Shown here: piece by piece, positions 22,602-32,669 of the stretch | Position numbering within the stretch: the stretch's first letter is position 1 | Layout of the letters: each line of letters begins with the position of its first letter | DNA from: an uncultured candidate division Zixibacteria bacterium | GTDB taxonomy: Bacteria; Zixibacteria; MSB-5A5; UBA10806 | Length of the DNA: 64,000 nt | Reading direction: 5' to 3' | NCBI GenBank assembly: GCA_963801605.1 | Contig: CAWDFP010000006.1 | Span: forward strand, 1,088,001 to 1,152,000 | The notes under the pieces: generated by a model | Database searches by the model: none | Seen by the model: only the letters and a program-made list of their open reading frames with translations | What the model was told of the DNA's origin: nothing | Translations under genes and position numbers: made by a program

Positions 22602-23687
22602 ATGATAAACGCTGCTTCGGATAATCTCCGCCACAATATTAGCGTAATCAAATGGGCGATTCTTTCGGCGATTCTTTTCGGCTTAAGTACTCCTTTTGCC
22701 AAAATGCTTACAAGCCAAGTTGATCCAATTATATTGGCAGGCTGCCTTTATTTGAGTTCAGGTCTGGGGCTTTTTATTTGGTATTTTTTACGAAAGCATA
22801 TTAAAAGCAATAAACAGGCAAAAATTGTATCGCTTGCCGCAAGTGATTATCCTTATCTGGCTGTAACGGTTTTAGCAGGAGGAATGATTGCGCCGACGCT
22901 TCTCATGGTCGGATTAACGATCACCCCATCTTCGACAGCCTCGCTGCTTCTTAATTTTGAAATCGTTTTTACGTTTCTTATCGCAGCGATCATATTTCGC
23001 GAAAGTTTCGATACGCGGATGATTTCGGGCTCCGTTATTATCATCTTTGGAGGCCTGCTTCTATCCTGGCCCGGTAAAGTGGGATTCTCGGGGATCTGGG
23101 GTCCGATCTGTATCGGTTTAGCCTGCCTCGCCTGGGGTATTGATAATAATATAACGCGCCAAATCTCAGCCGGAGACCCAATTCAAATTGCCGCCATAAA
23201 AGGTTTGGTAGCCGGATTTGCTAACTTAATGATTGGGTTTATAATCAACAGAAAAATACCGGGACTTGGATTTGCAATTTCGGCTGCCATAATTGGCCTG
23301 TTGGGCTATGGCTTAAGCCTGGTGTTCTTTATCTTAAGCCTGCGCCATCTCGGTACAGCTCGGACATCAGCATATTTCGCAGCCGCGCCATTTATTGGAG
23401 CCTTAGCTTCATTTTTGATACTGGGGGAGAGGCTCACTGCTCAATTTGCGCTGGCTATGGTATTAATTATTTCAGGGATTTATATGTTTCTCTCCGAACG
23501 CCATGCCCATCAGCATACTCATCGGGAACTGATTCATGAGCACAGCCATACTCATGACGAACACCACAGGCATATACATGACGAGGGTTTCGATGATTCT
23601 AATGAGCATGTGCACCGCCATGAACATAGAGAACAGATGCACTCGCATCCTCACTATCCGGATATTCACCACCGCCACACACATTGA
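22602..23687 (+). CDS. EamA/DMT family transporter with His-rich C-terminal tail
   Basis: About 10 TM segments; ASLLLNFE, WGIDNN, LRHLGTART; tail H.H.H...HYPDIHHRHTH. Confidence 0.9.
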   Translation: MINAASDNLRHNISVIKWAILSAILFGLSTPFAKMLTSQVDPIILAGCLYLSSGLGLFIWYFLRKHIKSNKQAKIVSLAASDYPYLAVTVLAGGMIAPTLLMVGLTITPSSTASLLLNFEIVFTFLIAAIIFRESFDTRMISGSVIIIFGGLLLSWPGKVGFSGIWGPICIGLACLAWGIDNNITRQISAGDPIQIAAIKGLVAGFANLMIGFIINRKIPGLGFAISAAIIGLLGYGLSLVFFILSLRHLGTARTSAYFAAAPFIGALASFLILGERLTAQFALAMVLIISGIYMFLSERHAHQHTHRELIHEHSHTHDEHHRHIHDEGFDDSNEHVHRHEHREQMHSHPHYPDIHHRHTH

Positions 23688-23711
23688 TATCCGGTCTTTG
23701 ATTGTTTTGAT

Positions 23712-25040
23712 TTATATTGTTGGAAGGCTCGCCAGAGGCTTGAAAAAACGACGGCAATCGATGATCTTCACTTCTTTTTCGCCGCGTTTAATTATGGCCA
23801 AAGGGTAGCGATATTTTTTAATCCCGGCCGGCAAGGCTTTTTGCGGCGCCAGACGTTTGTTATAATCACGGTCCCTTATGGCAAACGCCCAATAATCGCC
23901 CGGGTCGTAATGGCATTTACGTTCATTCGAGGTCAATATGGCTTTTACGCCCCGTCCCAGGTCATATACATTTTTCATTGTTATAGATGGTGCATAGCCT
24001 GACCAGCGGCGTACCATTGGTGACAGCGCGTGCTCAAGCGTGCTTTTGCCGTTTCTCTTTCTGGTAAGCAGAGGATGAATATCGGAGTCTAAGACTATTA
24101 AAAGGCCGCCGGATGTGCTTTCCAGACTCTCGATCTGGGCCATCTGGCTTCCTTGCCTTTGAAGCTCGGTCACCGCGTTGGCTACCTCGATCCAATCGCC
24201 CGGCTTAAACGATTCTCCCGCGACCGGCTCCGGCTCCTCAACCAGGATGCTGCGCGTATCGATTGCTTTTATGGCGCGGGCGACAACGGCAGCATTTTCG
24301 TCGGACCATTTTATGCCTTCATTCAATCCATCGCTATTGGGAATTCCCCGATGTATCTCGATTCGATAATGCAGGTTACCCGGAATCAAGCCTCCTCCAA
24401 GATCGATCTCCCCAAAATTTAGCGGTAATTGGTGAGCCGATTGATCGATCTGTAAAGTGAGGGCGATATTGCCGGACGGTAAATTTTCTCTCAGAAAAAG
24501 CTCTGCCTCATCCGGAGTGCTTAAATTATCAGATGAGATTACTCGGACCTGACCGATCAGTTTGGCTCTCAAGCAAGTATCAGGACCTCCCAGGGCCGGT
24601 TCCCGCATGAGTTCATCATCAATATAGCTTGCAGTTTTTTTCCAGGCTTCGAGATATACAATCAAATCGCTTTTGCCCTCTGGCAACGCCGGCTCGGGAA
24701 AATCAAGTTGGGTTCTGAAAGTGGTGTCTTTTTGTAATTTATAAAGATAGCCCCCTATATATGCTATGCCGCGTGAGACGCTAAAATCGCATACACCACC
24801 GGAGCCGTTCGTAAAACCTTCGATAACAAAAGCGCGGGCATTGTCGTTGCGGATACTATTTGGTGCTAACGGAATGGCAAAAGGACCCAAAATATCAGAT
24901 GTTATTTGCCTGAAATATTCGTTTATCAGCTCGGCCTGTTCATTCCAATCGGAGTCGAGATCAACTCGACCCTGCTGTTTGAACACCGAGATATAATTTT
25001 CCAGAGGATTAAATGTAAATCTGGAGAAATCACCTTTCAT
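23712..25040 (-). CDS. DUF6519-family protein (eCIS/phage-tail associated)
   Basis: MKGDFSR.TF...QQGRV.LDSDWNEQ, LREPALGGPDT, YRIEIH, KWS.EN, GDYW, DCR..F.PL motifs. Confidence 0.82.
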   Translation of the reverse strand: MKGDFSRFTFNPLENYISVFKQQGRVDLDSDWNEQAELINEYFRQITSDILGPFAIPLAPNSIRNDNARAFVIEGFTNGSGGVCDFSVSRGIAYIGGYLYKLQKDTTFRTQLDFPEPALPEGKSDLIVYLEAWKKTASYIDDELMREPALGGPDTCLRAKLIGQVRVISSDNLSTPDEAELFLRENLPSGNIALTLQIDQSAHQLPLNFGEIDLGGGLIPGNLHYRIEIHRGIPNSDGLNEGIKWSDENAAVVARAIKAIDTRSILVEEPEPVAGESFKPGDWIEVANAVTELQRQGSQMAQIESLESTSGGLLIVLDSDIHPLLTRKRNGKSTLEHALSPMVRRWSGYAPSITMKNVYDLGRGVKAILTSNERKCHYDPGDYWAFAIRDRDYNKRLAPQKALPAGIKKYRYPLAIIKRGEKEVKIIDCRRFFKPLASLPTI

Positions 25041-25122
25041 GCGATTTCCTTATTAAGACAAATAATTGCGTCTTCCAAACTGTCGACCTCGCGCTTAAGG
25101 GTTCCTGAGCCCAGCGACGGCC

Positions 25123-25151
25123 CTTATATCATTACCCCGTCAGGCTGTCAA
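25123..25151 (-). promoter_or_regulatory. sigma70-type promoter of DUF6519 gene
   Basis: TTGACA-17 bp-TATAAG on minus strand. Confidence 0.55.
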
Positions 25152-25460
25152 GTTTATAAATTAGTGAATTATTATTGTTTCAAATCCCGTTTCCGGGTGA
25201 TATTTTATGAAACAGCACGATGATTATATTTTGACCAGATTGAATGATATCGTTATCGCCATGTTCATATTATTGCGCGAGCCAATAATCTAAACAATTA
25301 CGCATCATATACTTATGAGCAGCTTGGATATTTTCTTGCTGTTTTTATGGGTATCCTCCCTCTATGAAGATGTTAGGTAATCTGCCGAATCAATAGTCAA
25401 GGATGTACCATTGGCTCGATAGTCCAGGGTATACCCGGGTTAAAAAAGGGGAGAAATGCG

Positions 25461-25850
25461 ATGAAAATAATAAAAGAAGTCGTCATTCGTTCCAGCATAT
25501 TAAATACCTGGTCCTGGTTAACCAAAGAAGAAATATTAAAAGGTTTGATGAGCGGCGCTAGTGACGCCGCTCAATCGACCAAGTGTTCGCTTTCTAAGGT
25601 AGCCACATCCAAAATATCCACAGAGCCGCCTCGAAAATTGTCTTTGGGCGGTGGAATGATTTCACCCGATATAGTTACCACCTTTGAACTTTCCGAACGA
25701 GGCGAGCGCACCGGTCTTCGCTTGACAATCAGCGGCTGGGAGACTGTTGATCCCGAAATTGCCCGGACGGAAATGCCCATGTTATCATTGGCTTGGGAAA
25801 AAAAGCTCGGCCTGTTGAAGCACACAATTGAATCTACTGATAATAATTAA
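25461..25850 (+). CDS. SRPBCC/AHSA1 (START-like) domain protein
   Basis: I..S...W..LT, VTTFELSE..T.LRLT.SGW and W..KL..LK..IE pattern; GGAG SD. Confidence 0.7.
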   Translation: MKIIKEVVIRSSILNTWSWLTKEEILKGLMSGASDAAQSTKCSLSKVATSKISTEPPRKLSLGGGMISPDIVTTFELSERGERTGLRLTISGWETVDPEIARTEMPMLSLAWEKKLGLLKHTIESTDNN

Positions 25851-25968
25851 GCCACAGACTAATAATTTATTATTTTAAGCCCCCCTCATATTTTTCATAG
25901 CCCCAAATAATGGAACTGGCCTTACCCATAGCTTTGTTTATCGCTTGACGTTACGGGACGGTTTGAGC

Positions 25969-25996
25969 TTGACATAGGTGTCCCGTTTTTTATATT
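25969..25996 (+). promoter_or_regulatory. sigma70-type promoter of lipoprotein-C25 operon
   Basis: TTGACA-16 bp-TATATT, overlapped by an ACGGGAC/GTCCCGT inverted repeat. Confidence 0.55.
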
Positions 25997-26149
25997 GCCC
26001 TCTTAGAAAGGGTTGCGTTGTTTTTTTGCACCAGTGATTTGCGGCGGATCATTAATTGTTAGTTGAGAATCAAAAAAAGGGCAGCTTTACAGGTTATCGC
26101 CTGTCCTTAATTATATATATCCAATCTCATCGTTTTCCGGAGGAACACT

Positions 26150-27532
26150 GTGTATAATAATATGCGCTTAAAATCCGTTATGCTCAGAAATTCGCTTGCC
26201 TTATTTCTGGCGCTTACTGCTATACTATTAATGGCTGGATGTGGCAAAGATAAAGTAGTTACTCGTTATGCGTATCCTCCGTCTCCGGTGTCACTTATCT
26301 ATCCCATGGCCGATTCAATAGTTACCAGCAGCAATCCCACATTTCTCTGGCACAAGATACCTGATGCCACGAATTATCATCTACAGGTAGCCAAGCTCAG
26401 CGATTTTGTCACCACTACGATTAATACTCAAATTAGCGATACCAGCCATACTACGGTCACATCTCTGATTGATGATACCTATTACTGGAGAGTAAGGGCT
26501 CAGGACGCCAACGGTGTTTGGGGAGATTGGTCTGATTCCGAAATCAGGATTTTCTATAAAAGTGCAGTCGCCAATTATGTAACCTTATTATCGCAGACCT
26601 TAACAAATGGCGCCGCGCAGGATGTATACGTTAGTGGCGATACAGCCTATGTCGCCGATGGTCAGGCCGATTTATCGATGTTCGATATTACCAATCCGGC
26701 CAGTCCCAGGATGGTACTTAATATCGATACCGGCGATGATGATTTTGCCAAGGGTGTTTTTGTATTAGGTCACCAAACGCCCGAAATCGATACATTCCCA
26801 TTTGCCTATGTGGCCGATATGGATGGTAAAATTCAGGCCTTAAATACCAGAGATGCCTCGTCCACTCTTAGCCTTTCATTCGGGACCGATCAGAATCTCG
26901 AGGATATTTGCGGATTTGTCAGGTCCGATACGCTCTGGGTACTGGCCGTTTCAAGTGGATTCAACCGCCGGAAACTTTCTTTTTGGAAGATCATTTACGA
27001 TCCCTCCAGCGGCGGCGGCCCCAACCCCTTCAGCTATTTCTATCAGATCGATATGCCTGCTGATGCCTACGGTGTTTGCGCCGATTCGGCCTATGCTTAT
27101 GTAGCTTGCGGCAGTTCAGGAATTAAAATTGTTAGTATATCTGATATTTATAATCCAATTGTAATATCCGAATTAGCGTTAGAGGGCACGGCGCTTTCGG
27201 TCGGCGTTAAGGATAGTACGCTTTATGTTGCTGCCGATCGTGCCGGGCTTTTCGCTATTAATTTGGGTTCAGATCGACTTACTCCCACTATTGCGCATCA
27301 GGTTAACACAGTTGGCAGAACCAAGGATGTGCAGATTGTTGGCAATTATGCATTTCTTGCTGATGCCAATGGTGGTCTGAAAGTAGTTGATATCTCTGTT
27401 CCCGCCACGTCCCACGTTGTAGCTACCTATGTGACGCCGTATGCTTATGGCGTATGGGCCGATACCGATCGCATCCTGATTTGCGATAGGGATTACGGCC
27501 TGATGATATTTAGTAATCTCATATCCAAATAA
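26150..27532 (+). CDS. Lipoprotein with FN3-like domain and LVIVD-repeat propeller
   Basis: Lipobox MAGC; YYWRVRA; repeated YAYVA..G...(GL.V)DI..P units. Confidence 0.85.
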   Translation: MYNNMRLKSVMLRNSLALFLALTAILLMAGCGKDKVVTRYAYPPSPVSLIYPMADSIVTSSNPTFLWHKIPDATNYHLQVAKLSDFVTTTINTQISDTSHTTVTSLIDDTYYWRVRAQDANGVWGDWSDSEIRIFYKSAVANYVTLLSQTLTNGAAQDVYVSGDTAYVADGQADLSMFDITNPASPRMVLNIDTGDDDFAKGVFVLGHQTPEIDTFPFAYVADMDGKIQALNTRDASSTLSLSFGTDQNLEDICGFVRSDTLWVLAVSSGFNRRKLSFWKIIYDPSSGGGPNPFSYFYQIDMPADAYGVCADSAYAYVACGSSGIKIVSISDIYNPIVISELALEGTALSVGVKDSTLYVAADRAGLFAINLGSDRLTPTIAHQVNTVGRTKDVQIVGNYAFLADANGGLKVVDISVPATSHVVATYVTPYAYGVWADTDRILICDRDYGLMIFSNLISK

Positions 27533-27556
27533 TTTAGGGCTTTTTCTGGAGGATTC

Positions 27557-30500
27557 ATGAAGGGTGTGTTAAAAGCGACTATAATGGTATTTTTGTTGTG
27601 TTTGTTGTTTGGAGGAAGCCTTGTTTGGGCTTCACAGACAGTAAGAGTTGTTCAGGATTTAGGTGATACGCAGGCAGAATTCTCCTGTCAAAAGCAGGGA
27701 AGCGGCGAGGTTATCGGGCTGAGTGTTCCGGCGATCGCATTAAATGACGTGACTGTAGGCGGCAAACCTTTCAAGGAATTATCACTCCCCGTTTCAGAAA
27801 AACTCGTAGCCGGCGAAACGAATCAGGAGGGCCTCCCCAGCATGCCCATTCTTACTTCGCTAATTATCCTGCCTGAAAATGCCGACCCTATCCTGTCCAT
27901 TCAATACTCAAGCTACGAAACTATTGAGAATGTCGATATTGCCCCCACTCAGCCGCCGACGCTGGAGGGTGAACAGAGCATACCGGCATTTACCCAAAAC
28001 GAAAGTTTCTATTCGCAGGATATCTTTTATCCGGAAAAACTTGCTGATTTTCAGGAACCTGCTATCATGCGGGATATCAGGTTTTCGCAAATATCCATTT
28101 CTCCGGTCCAATATAATCCGGCTCGAAGAGAGCTCAGGGTTTATCACGATCTTAGCGTCAGTGTAGCCTATGATTTCCAGCACGTGACAAATCCTCAAAC
28201 TATTAGAAGGCCATATCTTTCCGAGGCTTTTTATCCGCTATATAAATCGCTCTTTGCTAATTTCGACGAAATTTTTACTAATACCGAAGTTAAAAGAGGC
28301 GGTTATGTGATTTTAACCAAGCCGATGTTTGTCGATTCTCTGGCGGCCTTTGCCAACTGGAAACACAGAAAAGGATATACTGTTCGTATTGTCCCCACGA
28401 CTGAAATTAACACCAACGGTAATCCAACGGCCGCGCAGATAAGGACCTTCTTAACTAACGCTTATAATACCTGGGACGTGCCTCCGGAATACATTATGAT
28501 CGTGGGCGATCAGGACAACACGAGTTCCACAGGGATTATTGATTATCCATATAGCGGTTACACATCGGATCATCAATATTCGATGTTAGCCGGGACTGAT
28601 TATTTACCTGATGCTTTCGTGGCGCGGCTCAGTATAGATAATATGACAGATTTCCGCAGAACGATTGCGAAAGTGATAGCCTATGAAACCACGCCCAATA
28701 TGTCAGACACGACTTATTGGCATCGTGGCCTTTCCGTTGCCGGTAATATTAATTCGAATACACCGAGAATAATAGTGCTCTGGGCGCGACAGATGATGTT
28801 TGATCACGGCTTTTCTCAGGTTGATACCGTTTTCGATTGGGGCGGTGGTGGAGGTGGAAACCTGATTACAGCTTCGATGAACCGCGGAGTCGCTATGGTG
28901 AATTATCGCGGATGGGCAGGGCCGTCAGGATGGTATAATCCGAGTTTCGATGTAAGTTCTCTTAATGCCGTTCAGAATACTAATAAGCTTGGCGTTATGG
29001 CCTCCATAGTTTGCGGAACGGGCGATTATGGCCCGGGTGGTGTTGATCCTTGCTTCGGAGAAACCTGGGTGCGCATGGGGGCCTCCCCTACGTCGTTTAA
29101 GGGTGGCCCGGCATTTTATGGCATAACCGATCATAGCACGCATACTCAGTACAACAACCCCAATATGGTTGGGTATATTTGGGGTATTTTCGGTGAAAAG
29201 ATAACGCATTTTGCAGCCGCAACTGTTAGGGGCAAAATGCAGCTTTACAGAACATTTCCGGGATCAAATGGTTCGGGAAGTGTAGTAAATCTGTATTTTA
29301 ATACCTGCAATGCGCTTGGTGATCCGGAAGTTGAAGTTAGGACCATGGTTCCCATTAGAATTACTGTAAGCCATCCTGATTCTCTGGCTCTGGGAGTAAA
29401 CCATATTGAAATAAACGTAACAGATACTCTTGCTCAGCCTTTAACGGGATTATACGTTACATTGACCAAGGGGTATAATAGCAGCGAGGAAGTATTCAAG
29501 GTTGGCCAAACCGATGAAACCGGTAGGGTAGCGCTATCATTCGCGGCTGCCACCGCCGATACAATGTTCGTTACTGTTTCAGGTGGACAGGTTATTCCAT
29601 ATAAGGGAATAGTTCAAATAGTGCAGTCGGATCTGGCAGTCGGCTATGATTCGCTTACAATAGACGACGACATTTCCGGTTTCTCATTTGGCAACGATGA
29701 TGGAATTGTCAATCCTGGTGAAACAGTGGAACTGGGTTTGATACTAAAGAATTTCGGCTCAACCATCAGTGCTCATAATGTGCAGGCTACGCTCGAGACG
29801 ATGGACCCCGAATTGGTTTCAATTTTCGATGCACACGAAGCGTATGGCAATATTGATCCCGGCCAATTGGCATTTCCTGCTTCACCTTATGTCATTAAAA
29901 TTAACGAATCGGCGCAAAGCGGCGATTTGGCCAAAGTTAAACTTTCGGTTACAGATAGCACCAATGATTTTTGGTATTCGGTGATCGAATTGCCCATAGT
30001 TTCCCCTAAATTCTCCGTGACTTCTATAGCTTTCCAGGACAGTAACAGCCGTCTCGATCCCGGAGATTCTCTCCAGCTATCACTTACCATTCGCAATGTA
30101 GGACAAAAAAACGCTGAGGGAGTCGAGGGCAAGCTTTTAAGCGAGGATGATTATACCAGGGTAATCAGATCGCAGTGCAGTTTTGGTAATATGGCGATTG
30201 ACAGTTCGGCGACAAGCCAGGGTACTCCTTTGATCCTTAAATGCAGCCCGGAAACTTTTAATGGCCGCAGTATCAACTTGGCACTTGAAGTGACCACTTC
30301 ATCGGGAGAGAAATCGATCGTTCCGTTTACCGCCACGGTGGGACTTGCTACTACCAGGGATCCGTCGGGACCTGATGCTTATGGCTACTATATGTATGAC
30401 AACACTGACACGACATATGCCCCGCATCCAACTTATTCCTGGGTTGAAATCAATCCGGACAGCGGCGGCGCGGGAATCAGGCTGAATTTAGGTTCTACCT

Positions 30501-31903
30501 GCGATGATAAATCGATATTAGCCACTCCGCCATTCGATATTAGATACTATGGGCAGCAATTCAATTATTTGATCGCCTGTACCAACGGTTTTGTTGCTTT
30601 TGACACTTCCAGATTCGATATGGCTGGTAATTTCTTCTATAATTTCTTCAACTGGCCGATTCCGGACCCGGGAAACGCCAGCGGGCAGATCTCGCCCTTC
30701 TGGGATGATTTACAGTATGCCACAGTTCATACGGGAATTTACACCTGGAACGATAGCACCGAGCACAGATTTGTTATTGAATGGTCCGGTTTTACAAATA
30801 GAAACACCAGTGCCAGGGAAACTTTCGAGATGATATTTTATGACCCTGCGTACTATCCGACCATTACTGGGGACGCATCTTTTGTTTTCCAGTATCGAGT
30901 TGTCAATAATAACGATTCCGGCGAAAACTACGCCTCGGTAGGTTTTGAAAGCCCAAGTCAAGTGATGGGCTTACAATATACTTTCGCCAATCGGTATCTG
31001 GCAACGGCGCCCACTCTAGCTGCTGGCCGTGCCATTCTGGTTACGACCAACACTGGCCGCGGAGGCGTCCAGGGTGGTGTAGAGCTTAATAACGGTGGGA
31101 ATAACAGCGGAGTAACAATATCAGCATCCACCGGCCAGCAACGCACTACCGGCCATGATGGGATATTCTGGTTGCGTGACGTTCCTCCGGGGATCATATC
31201 CTTGAAGGCTGAGTCGCCGGGATATTTCCCAGAATCTCTCGATAGCATTGTGATTGCCCAGGATCAGACTACGACTGGTATCAGGTTTAATCTAACTCAA
31301 TGTATGGTACCTGATAGCTTAACCGCATCAGAGACATTTGAAAACAGGGTGGAAGTTAGATGGCACGCCGTGGTTAATCCTCGCTTGACAGGCTACAATA
31401 TTTATCGTTCTCGCTGGCAGAGCGGTGAGTATACCAAACTAAATAGCTCACCGATAAGCGGTACTCTATATACTGATAGTGCAGTACCGGATACCGGCCT
31501 CTATTGGTACTCTGTAAAAGCTATCTACACAGATTCTTCCTGGAGCGGGGAATCGTTTGCATCCAATTCGGATTGCGGACGGCTATTTTCGTCTCAAGGC
31601 ATAGCCGAAGGCCGATTAATACCGGAGACATTTTCGCTTTCACAAAACTACCCCAATCCCTTCAATCCCACAACTACCATATCTTTTGGCTTGCCAAAGG
31701 ACAGCCAGGTAAAGGTGGAGGTTTACAATCTCTTGGGACAGAAGGTTAAGGTCCTTTTTAACGGGCTTGCAAAGGCAGGTTACAAGAGCCTAATTTGGGA
31801 TGGTAAAGATAATGCCGGTAAGCCTGTATCATCAGGCGTGTATTTCTACCGGATCGATGCTGGTAGCTATCACGATTCCAAGAAAATGATGATGCTTAAG
31901 TAG
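27557..31903 (+). CDS. Gingipain-like peptidase C25 family protein with propeptide, Ig/FN3 domains and T9SS/FlgD-Ig C-terminus
   Basis: WK.RKG, YIMIVGD, SDHQYS, PDAFVARLS, LGDPE; QNYPNPFNP...SSGVYFYR...KKMMMLK. Confidence 0.9.
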   Translation: MKGVLKATIMVFLLCLLFGGSLVWASQTVRVVQDLGDTQAEFSCQKQGSGEVIGLSVPAIALNDVTVGGKPFKELSLPVSEKLVAGETNQEGLPSMPILTSLIILPENADPILSIQYSSYETIENVDIAPTQPPTLEGEQSIPAFTQNESFYSQDIFYPEKLADFQEPAIMRDIRFSQISISPVQYNPARRELRVYHDLSVSVAYDFQHVTNPQTIRRPYLSEAFYPLYKSLFANFDEIFTNTEVKRGGYVILTKPMFVDSLAAFANWKHRKGYTVRIVPTTEINTNGNPTAAQIRTFLTNAYNTWDVPPEYIMIVGDQDNTSSTGIIDYPYSGYTSDHQYSMLAGTDYLPDAFVARLSIDNMTDFRRTIAKVIAYETTPNMSDTTYWHRGLSVAGNINSNTPRIIVLWARQMMFDHGFSQVDTVFDWGGGGGGNLITASMNRGVAMVNYRGWAGPSGWYNPSFDVSSLNAVQNTNKLGVMASIVCGTGDYGPGGVDPCFGETWVRMGASPTSFKGGPAFYGITDHSTHTQYNNPNMVGYIWGIFGEKITHFAAATVRGKMQLYRTFPGSNGSGSVVNLYFNTCNALGDPEVEVRTMVPIRITVSHPDSLALGVNHIEINVTDTLAQPLTGLYVTLTKGYNSSEEVFKVGQTDETGRVALSFAAATADTMFVTVSGGQVIPYKGIVQIVQSDLAVGYDSLTIDDDISGFSFGNDDGIVNPGETVELGLILKNFGSTISAHNVQATLETMDPELVSIFDAHEAYGNIDPGQLAFPASPYVIKINESAQSGDLAKVKLSVTDSTNDFWYSVIELPIVSPKFSVTSIAFQDSNSRLDPGDSLQLSLTIRNVGQKNAEGVEGKLLSEDDYTRVIRSQCSFGNMAIDSSATSQGTPLILKCSPETFNGRSINLALEVTTSSGEKSIVPFTATVGLATTRDPSGPDAYGYYMYDNTDTTYAPHPTYSWVEINPDSGGAGIRLNLGSTCDDKSILATPPFDIRYYGQQFNYLIACTNGFVAFDTSRFDMAGNFFYNFFNWPIPDPGNASGQISPFWDDLQYATVHTGIYTWNDSTEHRFVIEWSGFTNRNTSARETFEMIFYDPAYYPTITGDASFVFQYRVVNNNDSGENYASVGFESPSQVMGLQYTFANRYLATAPTLAAGRAILVTTNTGRGGVQGGVELNNGGNNSGVTISASTGQQRTTGHDGIFWLRDVPPGIISLKAESPGYFPESLDSIVIAQDQTTTGIRFNLTQCMVPDSLTASETFENRVEVRWHAVVNPRLTGYNIYRSRWQSGEYTKLNSSPISGTLYTDSAVPDTGLYWYSVKAIYTDSSWSGESFASNSDCGRLFSSQGIAEGRLIPETFSLSQNYPNPFNPTTTISFGLPKDSQVKVEVYNLLGQKVKVLFNGLAKAGYKSLIWDGKDNAGKPVSSGVYFYRIDAGSYHDSKKMMMLK

Positions 31904-31924
31904 CGTCATTATTGAATTAGCAAG

Positions 31925-31960
31925 AAAAGGCGGTTTCCATCCGGAGGCCGTCTTTTTTTT
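31925..31960 (+). terminator. Rho-independent terminator
   Basis: AGGCGGTTTCC-ATCC-GGAGGCCGTCT followed by a T run. Confidence 0.82.
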
Positions 31961-31966
31961 CGGCAC

Positions 31967-32167
31967 GCCGCCAGGGTTCCGCCTCCTGACCCAAAGGGTC
32001 AGGAGCAAGAAATCCGATAGGGGCTTACCCGCTTTTTCTCAAAAAGATTCTTCAATTCGGTGAAAAATTTCCAAATACATCTACCCCAAAATCATTGAGA
32101 GACGGCGATGCCCCAATCGGATTTCAGTGCCCCGATCGGAGATCGGGGCAAGCGGAACCCTGGCGGC
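31967..32167. repeat. Palindromic REPIN/MITE-like doublet element, copy 1
   Basis: 16-bp terminal IR GCCGCCAGGGTTCCGC / GCGGAACCCTGGCGGC; inner IR GAAATCCGAT / ATCGGATTTC; an internal hairpin in each arm. Confidence 0.85.
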
Positions 32168-32194
32168 AAGACGGCTCGTGACGCCAATTTGATT

Positions 32195-32223
32195 TTGACA
32201 TTTAGGAGATACGGGCCTATATT
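32195..32223 (+). promoter_or_regulatory. sigma70 promoter of acpS-pan/fol operon (near-leaderless)
   Basis: TTGACA-17 bp-TATATT, 8 nt before GTG 32232. Confidence 0.7.
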
Positions 32224-32231
32224 CAAATTCT

Positions 32232-32630
32232 GTGACAGCGAATATTGAATCGGTGGGCATCGATTTGGCTGATGTCCCCAGGATCAGAAAGGCGATCGAG
32301 CAATACGGTGATCGTTTCCTTTCGCGCGTATTCACTCCCTGGGAAATCCAATATTGTCATTCGAAAATAAATCCCGAGTTGTCATTTGCGGCCAGGTTCG
32401 CTGTTAAAGAAGCGGTTTTCAAGGCTATCGGTACCGGTTTTGCCGAGGGCGTTAAATGGACATCGGTGGAAGTAGTTAACGATAAGCGTGGCCAGCCTCA
32501 GGTGCGTTTGGGTCAGGCTATCAGACGTCATATCGGATCTAAAGAAATTATGATTTCGTTATCTCATTCCAAAGATTACGCAATTGCATGTGCGATTCTT
32601 GTTTCCAAAGCCAATGTAAATGGCAGTTAG
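32232..32630 (+). CDS. acpS: Holo-[acyl-carrier-protein] synthase
   Basis: GIDL...RF..RVFT..E, FAARFAVKEAVFKA.GTG, ISLSH. Confidence 0.95.
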   Translation: MTANIESVGIDLADVPRIRKAIEQYGDRFLSRVFTPWEIQYCHSKINPELSFAARFAVKEAVFKAIGTGFAEGVKWTSVEVVNDKRGQPQVRLGQAIRRHIGSKEIMISLSHSKDYAIACAILVSKANVNGS

Positions 32631-32669
32631 TTTGATTATAAATTTATTTTCTAATAGCGGAGGGAAAAG

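Noticed and set aside
31967..32167. CRISPR array or attC cassettes for the palindromic repeats
   Set aside because: Copies are dispersed inverted doublets, not regularly spaced direct repeats; no RYYYAAC/GTTRRRY ends, cas genes or integrase.
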